Source of the DNA: Candidatus Gastranaerophilales bacterium
GTDB taxonomy: Bacteria > Cyanobacteriota > Vampirovibrionia > Gastranaerophilales > Gastranaerophilaceae
NCBI GenBank assembly: GCA_045536045.1
Contig: JAZSMU010000006.1
Span: 3,535-67,534, forward strand
Reading direction: 5' to 3'
DNA length: 64,000 nucleotides
Part shown: piece by piece, positions 1-9,868 of the stretch
Numbering within the stretch: position 1 is the first letter of the stretch
Layout of the letters: the number at the start of each line of letters is the position of its first letter
Made by a program: the position numbers and the translations under genes
The notes under the pieces: generated by a model
Databases searched by the model: none
Told to the model about the DNA's origin: nothing
The model's input: the letters and a program-made list of their open reading frames with translations, nothing else

Positions 1-480
1 ATTCCAGGTTCAACTTTACCAGACCCAGATGATAATCCAATTGTTGGTGGTGATGACACAACTACGCCTGACCCAGATGGTCCTAAAATTGAAGTTGATA
101 CTGATGATGATTTTTCAGGAAATGATGTAGATGACCCATCTCAAGGTGGTGTTGATACTCCACCTGTAACTGAACCAGAGGACACTACTCCTGTAACTCC
201 TCCAGCAACTGAACCTGAGGACACTACTCCAGTTACTCCACCTGTTACCGAGCCAGAAGAAACTGAGCCTGAAGAGCCTGTTACTCCACCTGTAACTGAG
301 CCTGAAGATACAACTCCAGTTACTCCTCCAGCAACAGAGCCTGAGGATACAACACCTGTAACTCCTCCAGCAACTGAGCCTGAAGAGCCTGTTACTCCTC
401 CTGCAACAGAACCAGAAGAAACTGAACCAGAAGAGCCTGTAACTCCTCCAATTATCAGAGATGAAGAAGACGAATTTTAA
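1..480 (+). CDS. 3' end of an ORF truncated by the window edge; Pro/Thr/Glu-rich repeat tail of a probable surface or secreted protein
   Basis: Frame 1 is open from nt 1 to TAA 478-480. My translation reads ...DTPPVTEPEDTTPVTPPATEPEDTTPVTPPVTEPEETEPEEPVTPP...IIRDEEDEF*. It is absent from the ORF track only because no start codon lies inside the window. Confidence 0.7.
   Translation: MPGSTLPDPDDNPIVGGDDTTTPDPDGPKIEVDTDDDFSGNDVDDPSQGGVDTPPVTEPEDTTPVTPPATEPEDTTPVTPPVTEPEETEPEEPVTPPVTEPEDTTPVTPPATEPEDTTPVTPPATEPEEPVTPPATEPEETEPEEPVTPPIIRDEEDEF
169..450 (+). repeat. In-frame tandem coding repeats; basic unit about 39 nt (13 aa, TEPEDTTPVTPPA), with shorter TEPEEPVTPPA / TEPEETEPEEPVTPP variants
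   Basis: Direct reading shows seven successive units. Copies differ mainly at synonymous positions (gaaccagag / gaacctgag / gagcctgaa). Confidence 0.85.
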
Positions 481-505
481 GCTAAATTTTAAATAATAAA
501 AATAG

Positions 506-535
506 TTTACAAAAATAAATATTTTGTAATATAAT
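506..535 (+). promoter_or_regulatory. Putative sigma70-type promoter TTTACA-18 nt-TATAAT for the response-regulator gene
   Basis: tttaca lies at 506-511 and tataat at 530-535. This is about 35 nt upstream of ATG 571, which has the SD AAAGGAAG. Confidence 0.4.
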
Positions 536-570
536 GATAAGTATATTTATTATCTAAAAGGAAGTTTTTA

Positions 571-1317
571 ATGACGGATGAATTAATTCAAGAAATGGAC
601 GATTCTAAACAACGTGTTTTGGTTGTTGATGACGAGGCTAGTATCAGAAGAATTCTTGAAACACGCCTTAAAATGGTAGGTTATGAAGTTGTTACTGCAG
701 CAGATGGCGAAGAAGCAGTTCAACAATACAATAAAACTAACCCAGACTTAGTTATTCTAGACGTTATGATGCCAAAAATGGATGGCTATGGCGTTACTAG
801 AGAAATTAGAAGAACATCTGATGTTCCAATTATTATATTAACAGCTCTAGGTGATGTTTCTGAAAGAATTACAGGTCTTGAGCTTGGTGCTGATGACTAT
901 GTTATTAAACCATTTAGCCCTAAAGAGCTTGAAGCTAGAGTTAAAGCAGTTTTAAGAAGAACAAATGCGAAAGATGTTGCAACTCCTGCTGGAAAACCTG
1001 CTAAAAATGTTATTACAACAGGTCAAATCAAAATTGATACTGCAAGACGTCAAGTTTATAGAAAAAATGAAAGAATACGCTTAACAGGTATGGAATTTAG
1101 CTTACTTGAACTTCTTGTAAATACTGCAGGTCAAGCATATTCAAGAAACGAAATTCTACAACACGTTTGGGCATACCCACCAGACCACAGAATTGATACT
1201 CGTGTAGTTGATGTTCATATTTCAAGATTACGTTCAAAACTTGAAGCAGACCCAGCTAACCCAGAGCTTATCTTAACTGCTCGTGGTATTGGATATATGT
1301 TTGCTCGCTTAAATTAA
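571..1317 (+). CDS. OmpR/PhoB-family response regulator, RpaB/Ycf27-like; orphan with no adjacent kinase
   Basis: Receiver motifs are present (VLVVDDE, ILDVMMPKMDG, IKP). The C-terminal winged helix is also present (RLTGMEFSLLELL, VDVHISRLRSKLE, GIGY). Confidence 0.92.
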   Translation: MTDELIQEMDDSKQRVLVVDDEASIRRILETRLKMVGYEVVTAADGEEAVQQYNKTNPDLVILDVMMPKMDGYGVTREIRRTSDVPIIILTALGDVSERITGLELGADDYVIKPFSPKELEARVKAVLRRTNAKDVATPAGKPAKNVITTGQIKIDTARRQVYRKNERIRLTGMEFSLLELLVNTAGQAYSRNEILQHVWAYPPDHRIDTRVVDVHISRLRSKLEADPANPELILTARGIGYMFARLN

Positions 1318-1318
1318 T

Positions 1319-1933
1319 ATGACTATTGATTTAATAAAAAGAATTATCGCCGATAATGGATTAAATGTCCTTGTTATCGGCGTTTTTCATGGAGATGAAC
1401 CACAGGGAAAATATTTTATAGATAGGTTTTTGGAAGAAGCTCAAAAATTGCCAAATAAAAACAACCTATATTATATTCCTTGTTTAAATCATTCTGGTGT
1501 TCGCAAAAATAAAAACGGAGTTGACTTAAACAGAAATTTTCCAACCAAAAATTGGGAATTAGGCGAAAGTAATTCAAATTATTTCGGTGGTTTTGAGCCT
1601 AATAGCGAAGAAGAAACACAATTTGTTGTAAATTTGATGAATGAAATCAAATTTGATGCAATAATTACAATTCATTCGCCTTTTAAAATTGTAAATTATG
1701 ATTGCAATTCTTCAAACACAGTTAAATTAGCAGAAAAAATTTCAGAAATAACAGGTTATCCAACTCAGCAAGATATTGGCTACCCAACGCCTGGAAGCTT
1801 TGGCACTTATGCTGGTGTTGAAAGATGTATTCCAACAATAACTATTGAAGTTGATGAAGAAATTGACCCTGCCCTGCTTTATCCAAAATTCAAAGAACTT
1901 TTTGATTATTTAGAAAATGAATTAGAATTTTAA
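1319..1933 (+). CDS. M14-family zinc carboxypeptidase-like protein, cytoplasmic MpaA / gamma-D-Glu-Dap amidase type
   Basis: HGDE (HxxE), DLNRNFP and TIHSP motifs are present. There is no signal peptide and the protein is only 204 aa. Confidence 0.7.
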   Translation: MTIDLIKRIIADNGLNVLVIGVFHGDEPQGKYFIDRFLEEAQKLPNKNNLYYIPCLNHSGVRKNKNGVDLNRNFPTKNWELGESNSNYFGGFEPNSEEETQFVVNLMNEIKFDAIITIHSPFKIVNYDCNSSNTVKLAEKISEITGYPTQQDIGYPTPGSFGTYAGVERCIPTITIEVDEEIDPALLYPKFKELFDYLENELEF

Positions 1934-2556
1934 TTTAAATCTTCCCTAAATGTTATTTTTTTATTTTCGTGGGTGGCTTTAACGATATAAACTTTGTGCC
2001 CTAAATATTCCATCATAGAAGAATCGTCAGTAAAATTTTCGCCTTTTAATTTTTCGTGTGCTTTAAGTATTTCTGAATATTTAAAGGCTTGAGGAGTTTG
2101 TGCGTGGAAAACAGTTTCTCTTTTTGGAGTTGAAACAATTTCGCCTTTGTCATTGCAGATTTTAATTGTATCAACTGCAGAAGCTCCAACTACAACTGCA
2201 CCAAACTCTACAACTTTTTCAATTGTTTCTTTAATTGTTTCCTCTTCAATAAATGGCCTTGCTCCATCATGAATTAAAACAAAATCTTTATATTCACACT
2301 TTAAAAGCCCATTATATACTGATTCTTGGCGTGTTTTGCCACCTGTTGCGTATTTAATTTTATTATTTTTAATAGTAATTTTTTCTTGAATTTCTAAAGA
2401 AGTTGGAATAATTATTTCATCAACAAGTGGTAAAAATTTTTCAATTGTTATTTCAATTATCTTTTTGCCGTTAATTTCTTCTAAAAGTTTATTAGAGCCA
2501 AAACGGTTTGATGTGCCACCTGCTGTAATTATTGCCGAAATTTTAAAAGTGTTCAT
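1930..2556 (-). CDS. ispD: 2-C-methyl-D-erythritol 4-phosphate cytidylyltransferase
   Basis: The N-terminal loop is AIITAGGTSNRFGSNK and the HDGARP motif is present. Length is about 208 aa. Confidence 0.9.
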   Translation of the reverse strand: MNTFKISAIITAGGTSNRFGSNKLLEEINGKKIIEITIEKFLPLVDEIIIPTSLEIQEKITIKNNKIKYATGGKTRQESVYNGLLKCEYKDFVLIHDGARPFIEEETIKETIEKVVEFGAVVVGASAVDTIKICNDKGEIVSTPKRETVFHAQTPQAFKYSEILKAHEKLKGENFTDDSSMMEYLGHKVYIVKATHENKKITFREDLN

Positions 2557-3436
2557 AGCTTTTATCCTCTAAGATTTCTTTATTATCAACAAAAACACCT
2601 TGTTTTTCAATAATTTCGCCAATTTTAACCAAATTAGCTCCTAAATTTTGCAAATTTTCAAAATCATTTTTAGAAAAAGCACCAACAAGGGCAAAATCTT
2701 CCCCTCCAAATAATGTTGTGTTGAAGTCGTCTGTTGCTTTTGGAATTGAAGTGTAGTTTATGGAAGCTCCAACCCTGCTTTCTTTAGTGATTTTATTTAA
2801 ACAATCATAAAGTCCGTCTGAAGAGTCCATTAGGGCATATTTTTCTTTGCAATTTGCAGATATAATTTCTGCAGTTTTTGAGTATAACTCTGGTTTTTTA
2901 TGGTATTTTGAAAATTCTCCAATGTATCCTTTGTTTAATTCTAAAAGCCCCAAATGGCTTCTTCCAAATATTCCTTTTACTGCAATAACATAGCCTATTT
3001 TGGCATTTTTTCTAGATGAGATTTTGCAGTTTTTTGCATTTCCTAAAATAGATATAGAAATTGCTATTTTTTCTCCTCTGGTTAAATCCCCACCTAAAAT
3101 TTTGAGTCCATATTCTTTGCTGATTTCATCTATTCCTTTATAAAAATCTAAAATAAATTCTTCATCTAATTTTCCAGACAAAGAAATTGTTGCCCCGTAT
3201 GGTTTTGCTCCAGAAGCTAAAATGTCTGAAATATTAACCAAAAGTGCTTTTTCCCCTACTTCAAATGGTGTCATATATTTAAGACTAAAATGAACATCTT
3301 CAATTAAAGTGTCTTGGCTTATGGTTAAGCCGAAATCTTCAATATAAGCACAATCGTCCCCAATTAATTCAGAGTTATTTAATGTGTTTTTTATGATATT
3401 TAAAAATTTTTCTTCTTTATTCATTAATGTTCTCAA
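2543..3436 (-). CDS. thiL: Thiamine-monophosphate kinase
   Basis: The GDDCAYI, ..ISDILASGA.. and DSSDGL motifs of the AIR-synthase-like ThiL fold are present. Confidence 0.85.
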   Translation of the reverse strand: MRTLMNKEEKFLNIIKNTLNNSELIGDDCAYIEDFGLTISQDTLIEDVHFSLKYMTPFEVGEKALLVNISDILASGAKPYGATISLSGKLDEEFILDFYKGIDEISKEYGLKILGGDLTRGEKIAISISILGNAKNCKISSRKNAKIGYVIAVKGIFGRSHLGLLELNKGYIGEFSKYHKKPELYSKTAEIISANCKEKYALMDSSDGLYDCLNKITKESRVGASINYTSIPKATDDFNTTLFGGEDFALVGAFSKNDFENLQNLGANLVKIGEIIEKQGVFVDNKEILEDKSYEHF

Positions 3437-3848
3437 TTAAGGCTTTCATACCTTCTATATAGCTATTAAGCCCAAGCCCTGCAACCGTTTTGAGTGCATA
3501 ATAAGATACAAATGAGTGTTTTCTAAATTCTTCTCTTTGATTAATATCTGAAATATGAACCTCAACAGTTGGAATATTAACTGCCTTGAGTGCATCTAAA
3601 ATCGCTATGCTTGTGTGAGTGTATGCAGCAGGATTTATTAAAATTCCTTGAAAATTATTTAATGCACTTTGGATTTTATCTACAATTTCGCCTTCGTGGT
3701 TAGATTGATAAAATTCAATTTCGCAAACTTGTTCAAAATTTTTTCTTATTTCTTCTTCAATTCTTTTAAGAGTAAGTACGCCATAAATTTCTGGCTCTCT
3801 AACCCCTAGCATATTTAAATTTGGACCATTTATAACTAAAATTTTCAT
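3417..3848 (-). CDS. aroQ: Type II 3-dehydroquinate dehydratase
   Basis: Contains MKILVINGPNLNMLGVREPEIYG...NPAAYTHTSIA...EVHISDI. Length is 143 aa. Confidence 0.95.
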   Translation of the reverse strand: MKILVINGPNLNMLGVREPEIYGVLTLKRIEEEIRKNFEQVCEIEFYQSNHEGEIVDKIQSALNNFQGILINPAAYTHTSIAILDALKAVNIPTVEVHISDINQREEFRKHSFVSYYALKTVAGLGLNSYIEGMKALIENINE

Positions 3849-3857
3849 ATTTTCTCC

Positions 3858-4898
3858 TTAATATAAAATTTTACCTTGAACAAGGATATCATCATCAATT
3901 TTTGTAGTTTTTTCATTTTTAATTTTTATTGCAAGATTTATGTCGTTTTTTTGAATTTTATCTGCATAGGAAATGCCATCTCCAATTATTTTTGGAGCTA
4001 TAAATTGATACATATAATCAATTTCTTTAGCTTTTAAAAGCTCTGAATTTAGCCCACAACCAGCTTCAACAAGAATTGATGGAATTCCCATTGAATAAAG
4101 AGTTTTCATTAGTTTGTCATAATTTTCAAAAAGAATTTTTTCAATATAATCTGGCAATTTTCTCTCTGAATTTGTTGAATAAATTATTCTTGCTCCGTCT
4201 TTTTCAAAGACTTTAAAATCAAGTGGAATTTTGCCATTTTTATCTAAAATTATTCTAGTAATTTTCCTTTTATCCCCCTTAAAAGAGGAATTATCTGCTA
4301 AAATTGTTCCAGAAGCAGACATAATGGCATAGTGAGAATCTCTTATTTTGCGAACAAATTTTCTAGATTTTTCTCCTGTTATCCATTTTGAGCTTTTATT
4401 TATTGTTGCAATTTTTCCATCTAAAGTTGTCGCAATTTTTGTTGAAATATATGGTTTTCTCTCTTCAATATTTTTTAGAAAAACCTTATTTAAGTCTTTT
4501 GCTTCATTTTCTAAAATTCCAACAACAACCTCAACTCCTGCCTTTCTAAGCCTTTCAATTCCAGCCCCAGCAACTTTTGGATTTGGGTCTTTTATTGCAA
4601 TGATAACCTTTTTAATTCCTTTTTCAATAATTAAATCTGCACAAGGTGGAGTTTTGCCAAAGTGTGAGCAAGGCTCTAGGTTTACATAGAGGGTGGTATT
4701 TTCAAAACTTCCTTTGTATTTTTTAATACAATTGACTTCTGCGTGTGCTTCGCCGTATTTTTTGTGATAGCCTGTTGATAAAATATTTCCATTAGAATCA
4801 ACCAAAATCGCCCCCACAAGAGGATTAAGGTATGTATTCAGTTTTGCCTTTTTAGCTAAAGAAAGGCATTTTTTCATTATTTCATTATGGCTATTCAT
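3858..4898 (-). CDS. ribD: Bifunctional riboflavin deaminase/reductase
   Basis: The CMP/dCMP-deaminase zinc motifs HAE...PCSHFGKTPPC are followed by a C-terminal RibD reductase domain. Confidence 0.93.
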   Translation of the reverse strand: MNSHNEIMKKCLSLAKKAKLNTYLNPLVGAILVDSNGNILSTGYHKKYGEAHAEVNCIKKYKGSFENTTLYVNLEPCSHFGKTPPCADLIIEKGIKKVIIAIKDPNPKVAGAGIERLRKAGVEVVVGILENEAKDLNKVFLKNIEERKPYISTKIATTLDGKIATINKSSKWITGEKSRKFVRKIRDSHYAIMSASGTILADNSSFKGDKRKITRIILDKNGKIPLDFKVFEKDGARIIYSTNSERKLPDYIEKILFENYDKLMKTLYSMGIPSILVEAGCGLNSELLKAKEIDYMYQFIAPKIIGDGISYADKIQKNDINLAIKIKNEKTTKIDDDILVQGKILY

Positions 4899-4899
4899 A

Positions 4900-6048
4900 T
4901 TAATAATCTGAGTATGTAAAATTATCTGTTAAAAGTGCTGAAAGTTTTCCGAAAGATTTTGCAATATTTGAGCTTGAATTGATTTCAGATACTGCATATC
5001 CTTTGTTTATTGCTCCAATTATTGCAGAATAATTGTTTGGAATTTTGAAATAAACTTTTTGATTAAGAGTTTTTTCAACATCATCAATTTTTATTTCGTC
5101 ATTTTCCATAACCCTGTTTGCAATAATTTTAATTTTGTCTTGATGATAATTTAGCTTTTTAAAGACATCAAAACATCTTTGAGTGTTTCTAATTGCTGGC
5201 ATATTAACTATCATTGGGTGCAAAATTATATCTGAATTATTGAGTGCAGTGATTGTTCTTTCGTCAAAGCTTGAAGTTGTGTCAATTATAATGTATGAGA
5301 AAATTTCTTTTAATACATTTAAAAGATTTGTAATGTCTTCGCTTGTAACATCTTGTGCCTCAATCAAATCTTGAGGGTCTGAAAGAATGTAAAGCTCAGT
5401 GTCTTTGTATTTTTCAAAAGTTGATAAAATGTCATCATGATTAATTTTTTCTAAATTTTTGATAACATAGCTTGCGTTAAAAGTTGGTGCAAGTTCTAAA
5501 AATGTTGTTATATCTCCTAATTGCAAATTTAAGTCAATTAGGGCAACTTTTTCTTTTGTTTGGTTGGCAATTTCATGTGCAACATTTGTTGCAATAACTG
5601 TTTTTCCAACCCCACCTTTGTTTGAAAAAACAGTTATAACCTTGCATTTTGTCATATCGTTAATGTTGCCCTTAATAAGGCTAACCATTTTTTGAACAAC
5701 TTTGACAAAATCTTTTTCAATTAGAGGTTTGATAAGAAAATCTCTAGCACCTGCTTGAAATGATTTAACTATCATTGAAGAGGCAGTGCTGTAGGAAGTT
5801 ACAATAATTTTTGTTTTTCTTAATTGATTTTGAATTTTTTTAATTTCATCAATATTTTTTTGAGAATTTTCAGAAATATCTGCAATAATAAACTCTGGCT
5901 TGTTGTCTAAAACAAAGTCATTAGCAGACCTAACATTTTTAAATGTGCCAATAATTTCAATATCTTCAACATTTTCAAGATATTTTGAAATAAGTTTTAG
6001 CGAAATTTCTTCTGGTTCAATTAAAACTGTTTTTATTTTTTCTGTCAT
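4900..6048 (-). CDS. Receiver-domain / MinD-ParA-type ATPase fusion (CpaE/TadZ-like architecture)
   Basis: The N-terminal ~120 aa are REC-like (FIIADIS, IIVTS, FLIKP). A deviant Walker A follows (VFSNKGGVGKTVIATN). Confidence 0.8.
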   Translation of the reverse strand: MTEKIKTVLIEPEEISLKLISKYLENVEDIEIIGTFKNVRSANDFVLDNKPEFIIADISENSQKNIDEIKKIQNQLRKTKIIVTSYSTASSMIVKSFQAGARDFLIKPLIEKDFVKVVQKMVSLIKGNINDMTKCKVITVFSNKGGVGKTVIATNVAHEIANQTKEKVALIDLNLQLGDITTFLELAPTFNASYVIKNLEKINHDDILSTFEKYKDTELYILSDPQDLIEAQDVTSEDITNLLNVLKEIFSYIIIDTTSSFDERTITALNNSDIILHPMIVNMPAIRNTQRCFDVFKKLNYHQDKIKIIANRVMENDEIKIDDVEKTLNQKVYFKIPNNYSAIIGAINKGYAVSEINSSSNIAKSFGKLSALLTDNFTYSDY

Positions 6049-6056
6049 AAAGCCCT

Positions 6057-7124
6057 CTAATTAAATATATTTAGCTGTCCTAAATCCGTTTTTATTCCTA
6101 AATGGTTATATGCAAGCGTGGTAACTTTTCTGCCTTGTGGTGTTCTTTGGAGTAGCCCTTTTTGCAAAAGATATGGCTCATATACATCTTCAATTGTCCT
6201 AATGTCTTCACCTAGTGCAACTGCAAGAGTTTGAATACCAACAGGTCCACCATTATAATTTTTAATAACGAGAGTTAATAGCTCTCTATCTGTTCTATCT
6301 AGCCCCAAATCGTCAATATTGAGGCTGTCTAGTGCTTCTTTTGCAATGCTTTCAGTAATCACTCCATTTGCTTTAACAATTGCCCAATCTGAGCATCTTT
6401 TAATTAGTCTGTTTGCAATTCTGGGCGTTGCACGAGAACGCAGGGCAATTTCTTCTGCTCCTTTTTCGTCAATATTGATTTTTAAAATTTCTGCACTTCT
6501 TTTGATTATTTTTTTAAGCTCATCAGTTGTATAAAATTCCAACCTATGAACAATTCCAAATCTATCTCTTAAAGGTCCTGATAGTGCTCCTGCCTTTGTT
6601 GTTGCACCAATTAGTGTAAATTTTTTAATTGGAACTCTCATTGTTTTAACACTTTGAGATTTTCCTGTATTAATATCAATGAAAAAATCTTCCATTGCTG
6701 GATATAGAATTTCTTCTGCAATTTTATTTAGCCTATGAATTTCGTCTATAAAAAGAATTTCGCCATCTTTCAGACTCATCAAAATTCCAATAATATCTCT
6801 TGGGCGTTCAAGTGCTGGAGCTGAAGTTATTTTAATATTTACTCCACTTTCATTTGCAATAATGTTTGCTAATGTGGTTTTTCCTAAGCCTGGTGGGCCA
6901 TATAGCAATAAGTGGTCTAAGGTAACATTTCTAACTTTGCTTGCCTCAATTGAAATTTTTAGTGTTTCTTTTAAATTTTCTTGACCAATATATTTATTAA
7001 AAGATTTTGGACGAATATTATTTTCAAAACTCTTATCAAATTCAACAGATTTTGGAGTTAAATCTGCTGATTTTTCAACAAGTTTAGTCTTTTTTTCTTT
7101 TGTATTATCGTCAGAAATTATCAT
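6057..7124 (-). CDS. ruvB: Holliday-junction branch-migration helicase RuvB
   Basis: Contains Walker [10 protein letters not shown] and Walker B FIDEIHRL. The RuvB C-terminal region is present (..[17 protein letters not shown]..). Confidence 0.96.
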   Translation of the reverse strand: MIISDDNTKEKKTKLVEKSADLTPKSVEFDKSFENNIRPKSFNKYIGQENLKETLKISIEASKVRNVTLDHLLLYGPPGLGKTTLANIIANESGVNIKITSAPALERPRDIIGILMSLKDGEILFIDEIHRLNKIAEEILYPAMEDFFIDINTGKSQSVKTMRVPIKKFTLIGATTKAGALSGPLRDRFGIVHRLEFYTTDELKKIIKRSAEILKINIDEKGAEEIALRSRATPRIANRLIKRCSDWAIVKANGVITESIAKEALDSLNIDDLGLDRTDRELLTLVIKNYNGGPVGIQTLAVALGEDIRTIEDVYEPYLLQKGLLQRTPQGRKVTTLAYNHLGIKTDLGQLNIFN

Positions 7125-7175
7125 AAGATAATTTTATCAGAAATTGCCCTTTTAAACAAAAAAATTAACAAAAAA

Positions 7176-8207
7176 TTATAGTTCAGAAATCTTTTTATAG
7201 AGCTCAATTTCTTCTTCTTTTAAAGTTTCGGGTAGAACAATTTTAATTTTTAAATTCAAATTGCCAACTTCATTATCTCTTTTAAGTCCTAAACCTTTGA
7301 GCCTTAATATTTTATCTGTGTTTGTTTTGGCAGGAATTGTTATATTAATTTTTCCACTCGGAGTTATAATTTCTTTTTTTGCACCTAAAACAGCTTCATC
7401 TGGCGTGATATTCAAAATTTTAACCAAGTTAAGCCCATCTAGCTCATAGTCCTTGTCTTTGATTTTAACTGTTAAATATAAATCTCCAACAAATCCTCTT
7501 TCGTCTTTTCTGCCTTCGCTTTTGAGTCTAATTTTTTGCCCCTCTTTAACATTTTTTGGAATTTGAACGGTTATTTTTTTAGGATTATTTATAAAGCCAA
7601 CTCCAGAACAATGCGAACAAAAAGTTCTTTTTGAACCTTTGCAATATGGGCAAATTTCCATATTCTGAATAGTTATTGTTTTGCTTTTGCCCTCAATAAT
7701 ATCTTCAATAGTGAGCTCTAGTGTGCTATACAAATCAAGATTTTTAGGTTTTTCTTGAGTTTTTCCTCTTTGACCTCCCATAAAATCAGAAGAAGAAAAG
7801 CCTTGATTAAAGTCATTAAAACCATAACTTGAGCTTTTTCCAGACACCATATCGCCAAAAATTGCACTAAAAAAGTCTGAAAAACCTCCAGAAGAAAAAC
7901 CACCCGAAGAAAAACCTGAATTGCCTTTTCCAAAGCCCGAAAAATTAAATCCCTCAAAGCCAGGAGGTGGTGTAAAACTTGCACCATCTTGCCAAGAAGA
8001 ACCCAACATATCATATCTTTGGCGTTTTTCTTTATCGGATAACACTTCATAAGCTTCATTTATATCTTTAAATTTTGCTGAAGCGTCTGGCGATTTATTT
8101 ACATCTGGATGATATTTTCTTGCAAGTTTTCTAAAGGCAGATTTAATTTCCTTGTCATCTGCTTTTTTATCAACTCCAAGAATTTTATAATAATCTTTGT
8201 ATTGCAT
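7176..8207 (-). CDS. DnaJ/CbpA-like co-chaperone paralogue with a reduced zinc finger
   Basis: A J domain (YYKILGV...YHPDVN) and a G/F-rich linker are present. Only two CxxC pairs are seen ([15 protein letters not shown]), followed by DnaJ C-terminal beta domains. Confidence 0.85.
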   Translation of the reverse strand: MQYKDYYKILGVDKKADDKEIKSAFRKLARKYHPDVNKSPDASAKFKDINEAYEVLSDKEKRQRYDMLGSSWQDGASFTPPPGFEGFNFSGFGKGNSGFSSGGFSSGGFSDFFSAIFGDMVSGKSSSYGFNDFNQGFSSSDFMGGQRGKTQEKPKNLDLYSTLELTIEDIIEGKSKTITIQNMEICPYCKGSKRTFCSHCSGVGFINNPKKITVQIPKNVKEGQKIRLKSEGRKDERGFVGDLYLTVKIKDKDYELDGLNLVKILNITPDEAVLGAKKEIITPSGKINITIPAKTNTDKILRLKGLGLKRDNEVGNLNLKIKIVLPETLKEEEIELYKKISEL

Positions 8208-8246
8208 AATCTAATATTAATACTAAAAAAATATTTTTTTAAAAAA

Positions 8247-9320
8247 TTAATTTTTTGTTAATACTTCATCAATTGCATCATAAACTTCTTTTGCTGTTGT
8301 TTGTTTTGTGCAATTTTGGTGTTTGAATTTGCATTTTCTTTTATGGCATGGTGTGCAAACTTGGTCTTCTTTAGGGAATGTTAAAGCATTTGGAGTTGAA
8401 AATGTGTGTTTTGAAGTTGCACAAAATATTGTTGCAACTTGTGGTTTTTTGTCTTCATTTTGAACAGCCCAAGCAATGTGTGATGCTGAAGAATCTGGGC
8501 TTATAACAAGGTCTGCTCGTCTAATTAATTCAATATATTCTTCAAGGTTTGTTTTGCCTGCCATAACGCAAGCTTTGTCGCCCTCTATAATTTCTCCAAT
8601 TAATTCAAGGTCTGCCATAACTCCTGAAAACACAATATTGTAGTCATTTTTTAAATATTGATATAGCTTTTTCCATTCATTCTTGTCCCAATGTTTGTTA
8701 TCCCAAGTTGTTTTTGGTGCAAAAATAATTGTTTTTTTGTTTGAATCCAAATCTTTTAAAGCTTTTGTAATTTTTTCTTGAATTCTTTTGCTTGCAGGTG
8801 GCAAAAAGCTTTTTGGCTCATAGTTTTCATCTAAATATTCAAGCCCTGAATTTTGAATTAAATCTAAATATCTTTGAATAATTGAATAATTCCTATATGG
8901 TCTTTTCGCTTTTGGTTTAACAAAAACATTACCACCCAATGTTGCAAATTCTCTATAATCTGTGTAAACAACTCTGTTTTTAGCCCCACAAAATAGCATA
9001 ATAACAAGGCTTTTAAACATTCCATGTAAATCAAATGCCCAAGTGTAGTTGTTCTTTTTTAATTTTTTCCCAAATTCTAAAATTTCTTTAATTGTTTCAA
9101 GCTTTAACCAAGAAGATTGCCACTTTTTTAATGGAATTGTATAAACATTATCTATGTTTGGATTTCCAGCAAGCATTTTTGCGTTTTTTTCATCAACAAC
9201 CCAATCAATTCTTGCTTTATTATATGTTTTTCTGAGTAAGTCAGCACAAGGTAGCGTGTGGATTAAATCTCCAATCGCACCAAGTCTTACAATTAAAAAT
9301 CTCTCGTGTTTTTTATCCAT
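8247..9320 (-). CDS. Glycosyltransferase family 9 (LPS heptosyltransferase-like)
   Basis: The N-terminus is FLIVRLGAIGDLIHTLP...IDWVV and the C-terminal GT-B half contains ..DSSASHIA... Confidence 0.8.
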   Translation of the reverse strand: MDKKHERFLIVRLGAIGDLIHTLPCADLLRKTYNKARIDWVVDEKNAKMLAGNPNIDNVYTIPLKKWQSSWLKLETIKEILEFGKKLKKNNYTWAFDLHGMFKSLVIMLFCGAKNRVVYTDYREFATLGGNVFVKPKAKRPYRNYSIIQRYLDLIQNSGLEYLDENYEPKSFLPPASKRIQEKITKALKDLDSNKKTIIFAPKTTWDNKHWDKNEWKKLYQYLKNDYNIVFSGVMADLELIGEIIEGDKACVMAGKTNLEEYIELIRRADLVISPDSSASHIAWAVQNEDKKPQVATIFCATSKHTFSTPNALTFPKEDQVCTPCHKRKCKFKHQNCTKQTTAKEVYDAIDEVLTKN

Positions 9321-9337
9321 ACTTTGTTTGAAAAAGC

Positions 9338-9637
9338 TTAGATTTCTTCAGTGTCTTCTAGGCTTTTTTTCTTAATGTTATGAACAACAGCGTCCACTAA
9401 CATTTCATAAGATTTATTTTCTTTAATCTTTTCAGAAAATTCTTGAACCAATGTTTCACGCACCATATCTTCAATGCGTTGAGCATCTTTCATGATGTCT
9501 TTTTCTTCTTCAGGAATAAGAAAATCTATATAACGAGATTTGATTTTTAAATCTTGCATGTGATTTTTGAAAGCCAATTTCAATTTTGGACTAACGTCTT
9601 TTAGCTTTTTAATTATTTTTAAATTGCTTAAATCCAT
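9338..9637 (-). CDS. Hypothetical 99-aa protein
   Basis: The ORF is tightly upstream of the GT9 gene on the same strand (17-nt gap). I recognised no motif. Confidence 0.5.
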   Translation of the reverse strand: MDLSNLKIIKKLKDVSPKLKLAFKNHMQDLKIKSRYIDFLIPEEEKDIMKDAQRIEDMVRETLVQEFSEKIKENKSYEMLVDAVVHNIKKKSLEDTEEI

Positions 9638-9793
9638 GTTTTTAACCTTCTGTCATGATTCACACTATATATAAGTTCCCTAAAAGAAAAAAATGACTTT
9701 TTAGGAGCGAATATTGCAAAAAATTTACAATTGCTAATAATATCTTATCAAATTTTGAAAAATTATCAAATAATTAACAAAATATAAATATTT

Positions 9794-9822
9794 TTGAATA
9801 TTCTAAAATCAAAATATATAAT
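9794..9822 (+). promoter_or_regulatory. Near-consensus sigma70 promoter TTGAAT-17 nt-TATAAT for grpE-dnaJ
   Basis: ttgaat lies at 9794-9799 and tataat at 9817-9822. The predicted TSS (~9829) is upstream of SD AAAGGGGA and ATG 9869. Confidence 0.55.
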
Positions 9823-9868
9823 TTAAATTAAACTGTTTTTGTGGTTAGATATATACAAAAGGGGATAT

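Noticed and set aside
169-450. Tandem repeats considered as a CRISPR array or satellite
   Set aside because: The repeats are contiguous with no spacers, in frame, and encode a PT/E-rich peptide within an open reading frame.
4348-8059. ORFs 4348-4689, 5183-5374, 6319-6534, 7261-7449 (all +) and 7718-8059 (-)
   Set aside because: Each is nested in a well-supported gene (ribD, the REC-ParA gene, ruvB or the DnaJ-like gene), either opposite to it or out of frame.
9638-9868. HrcA CIRCE operator, small RNA or tRNA in the largest intergenic spacer
   Set aside because: I found no TTAGCACTC-N9-GAGTGCTAA-like inverted repeat. There is no GC-rich stem set compatible with a tRNA cloverleaf.
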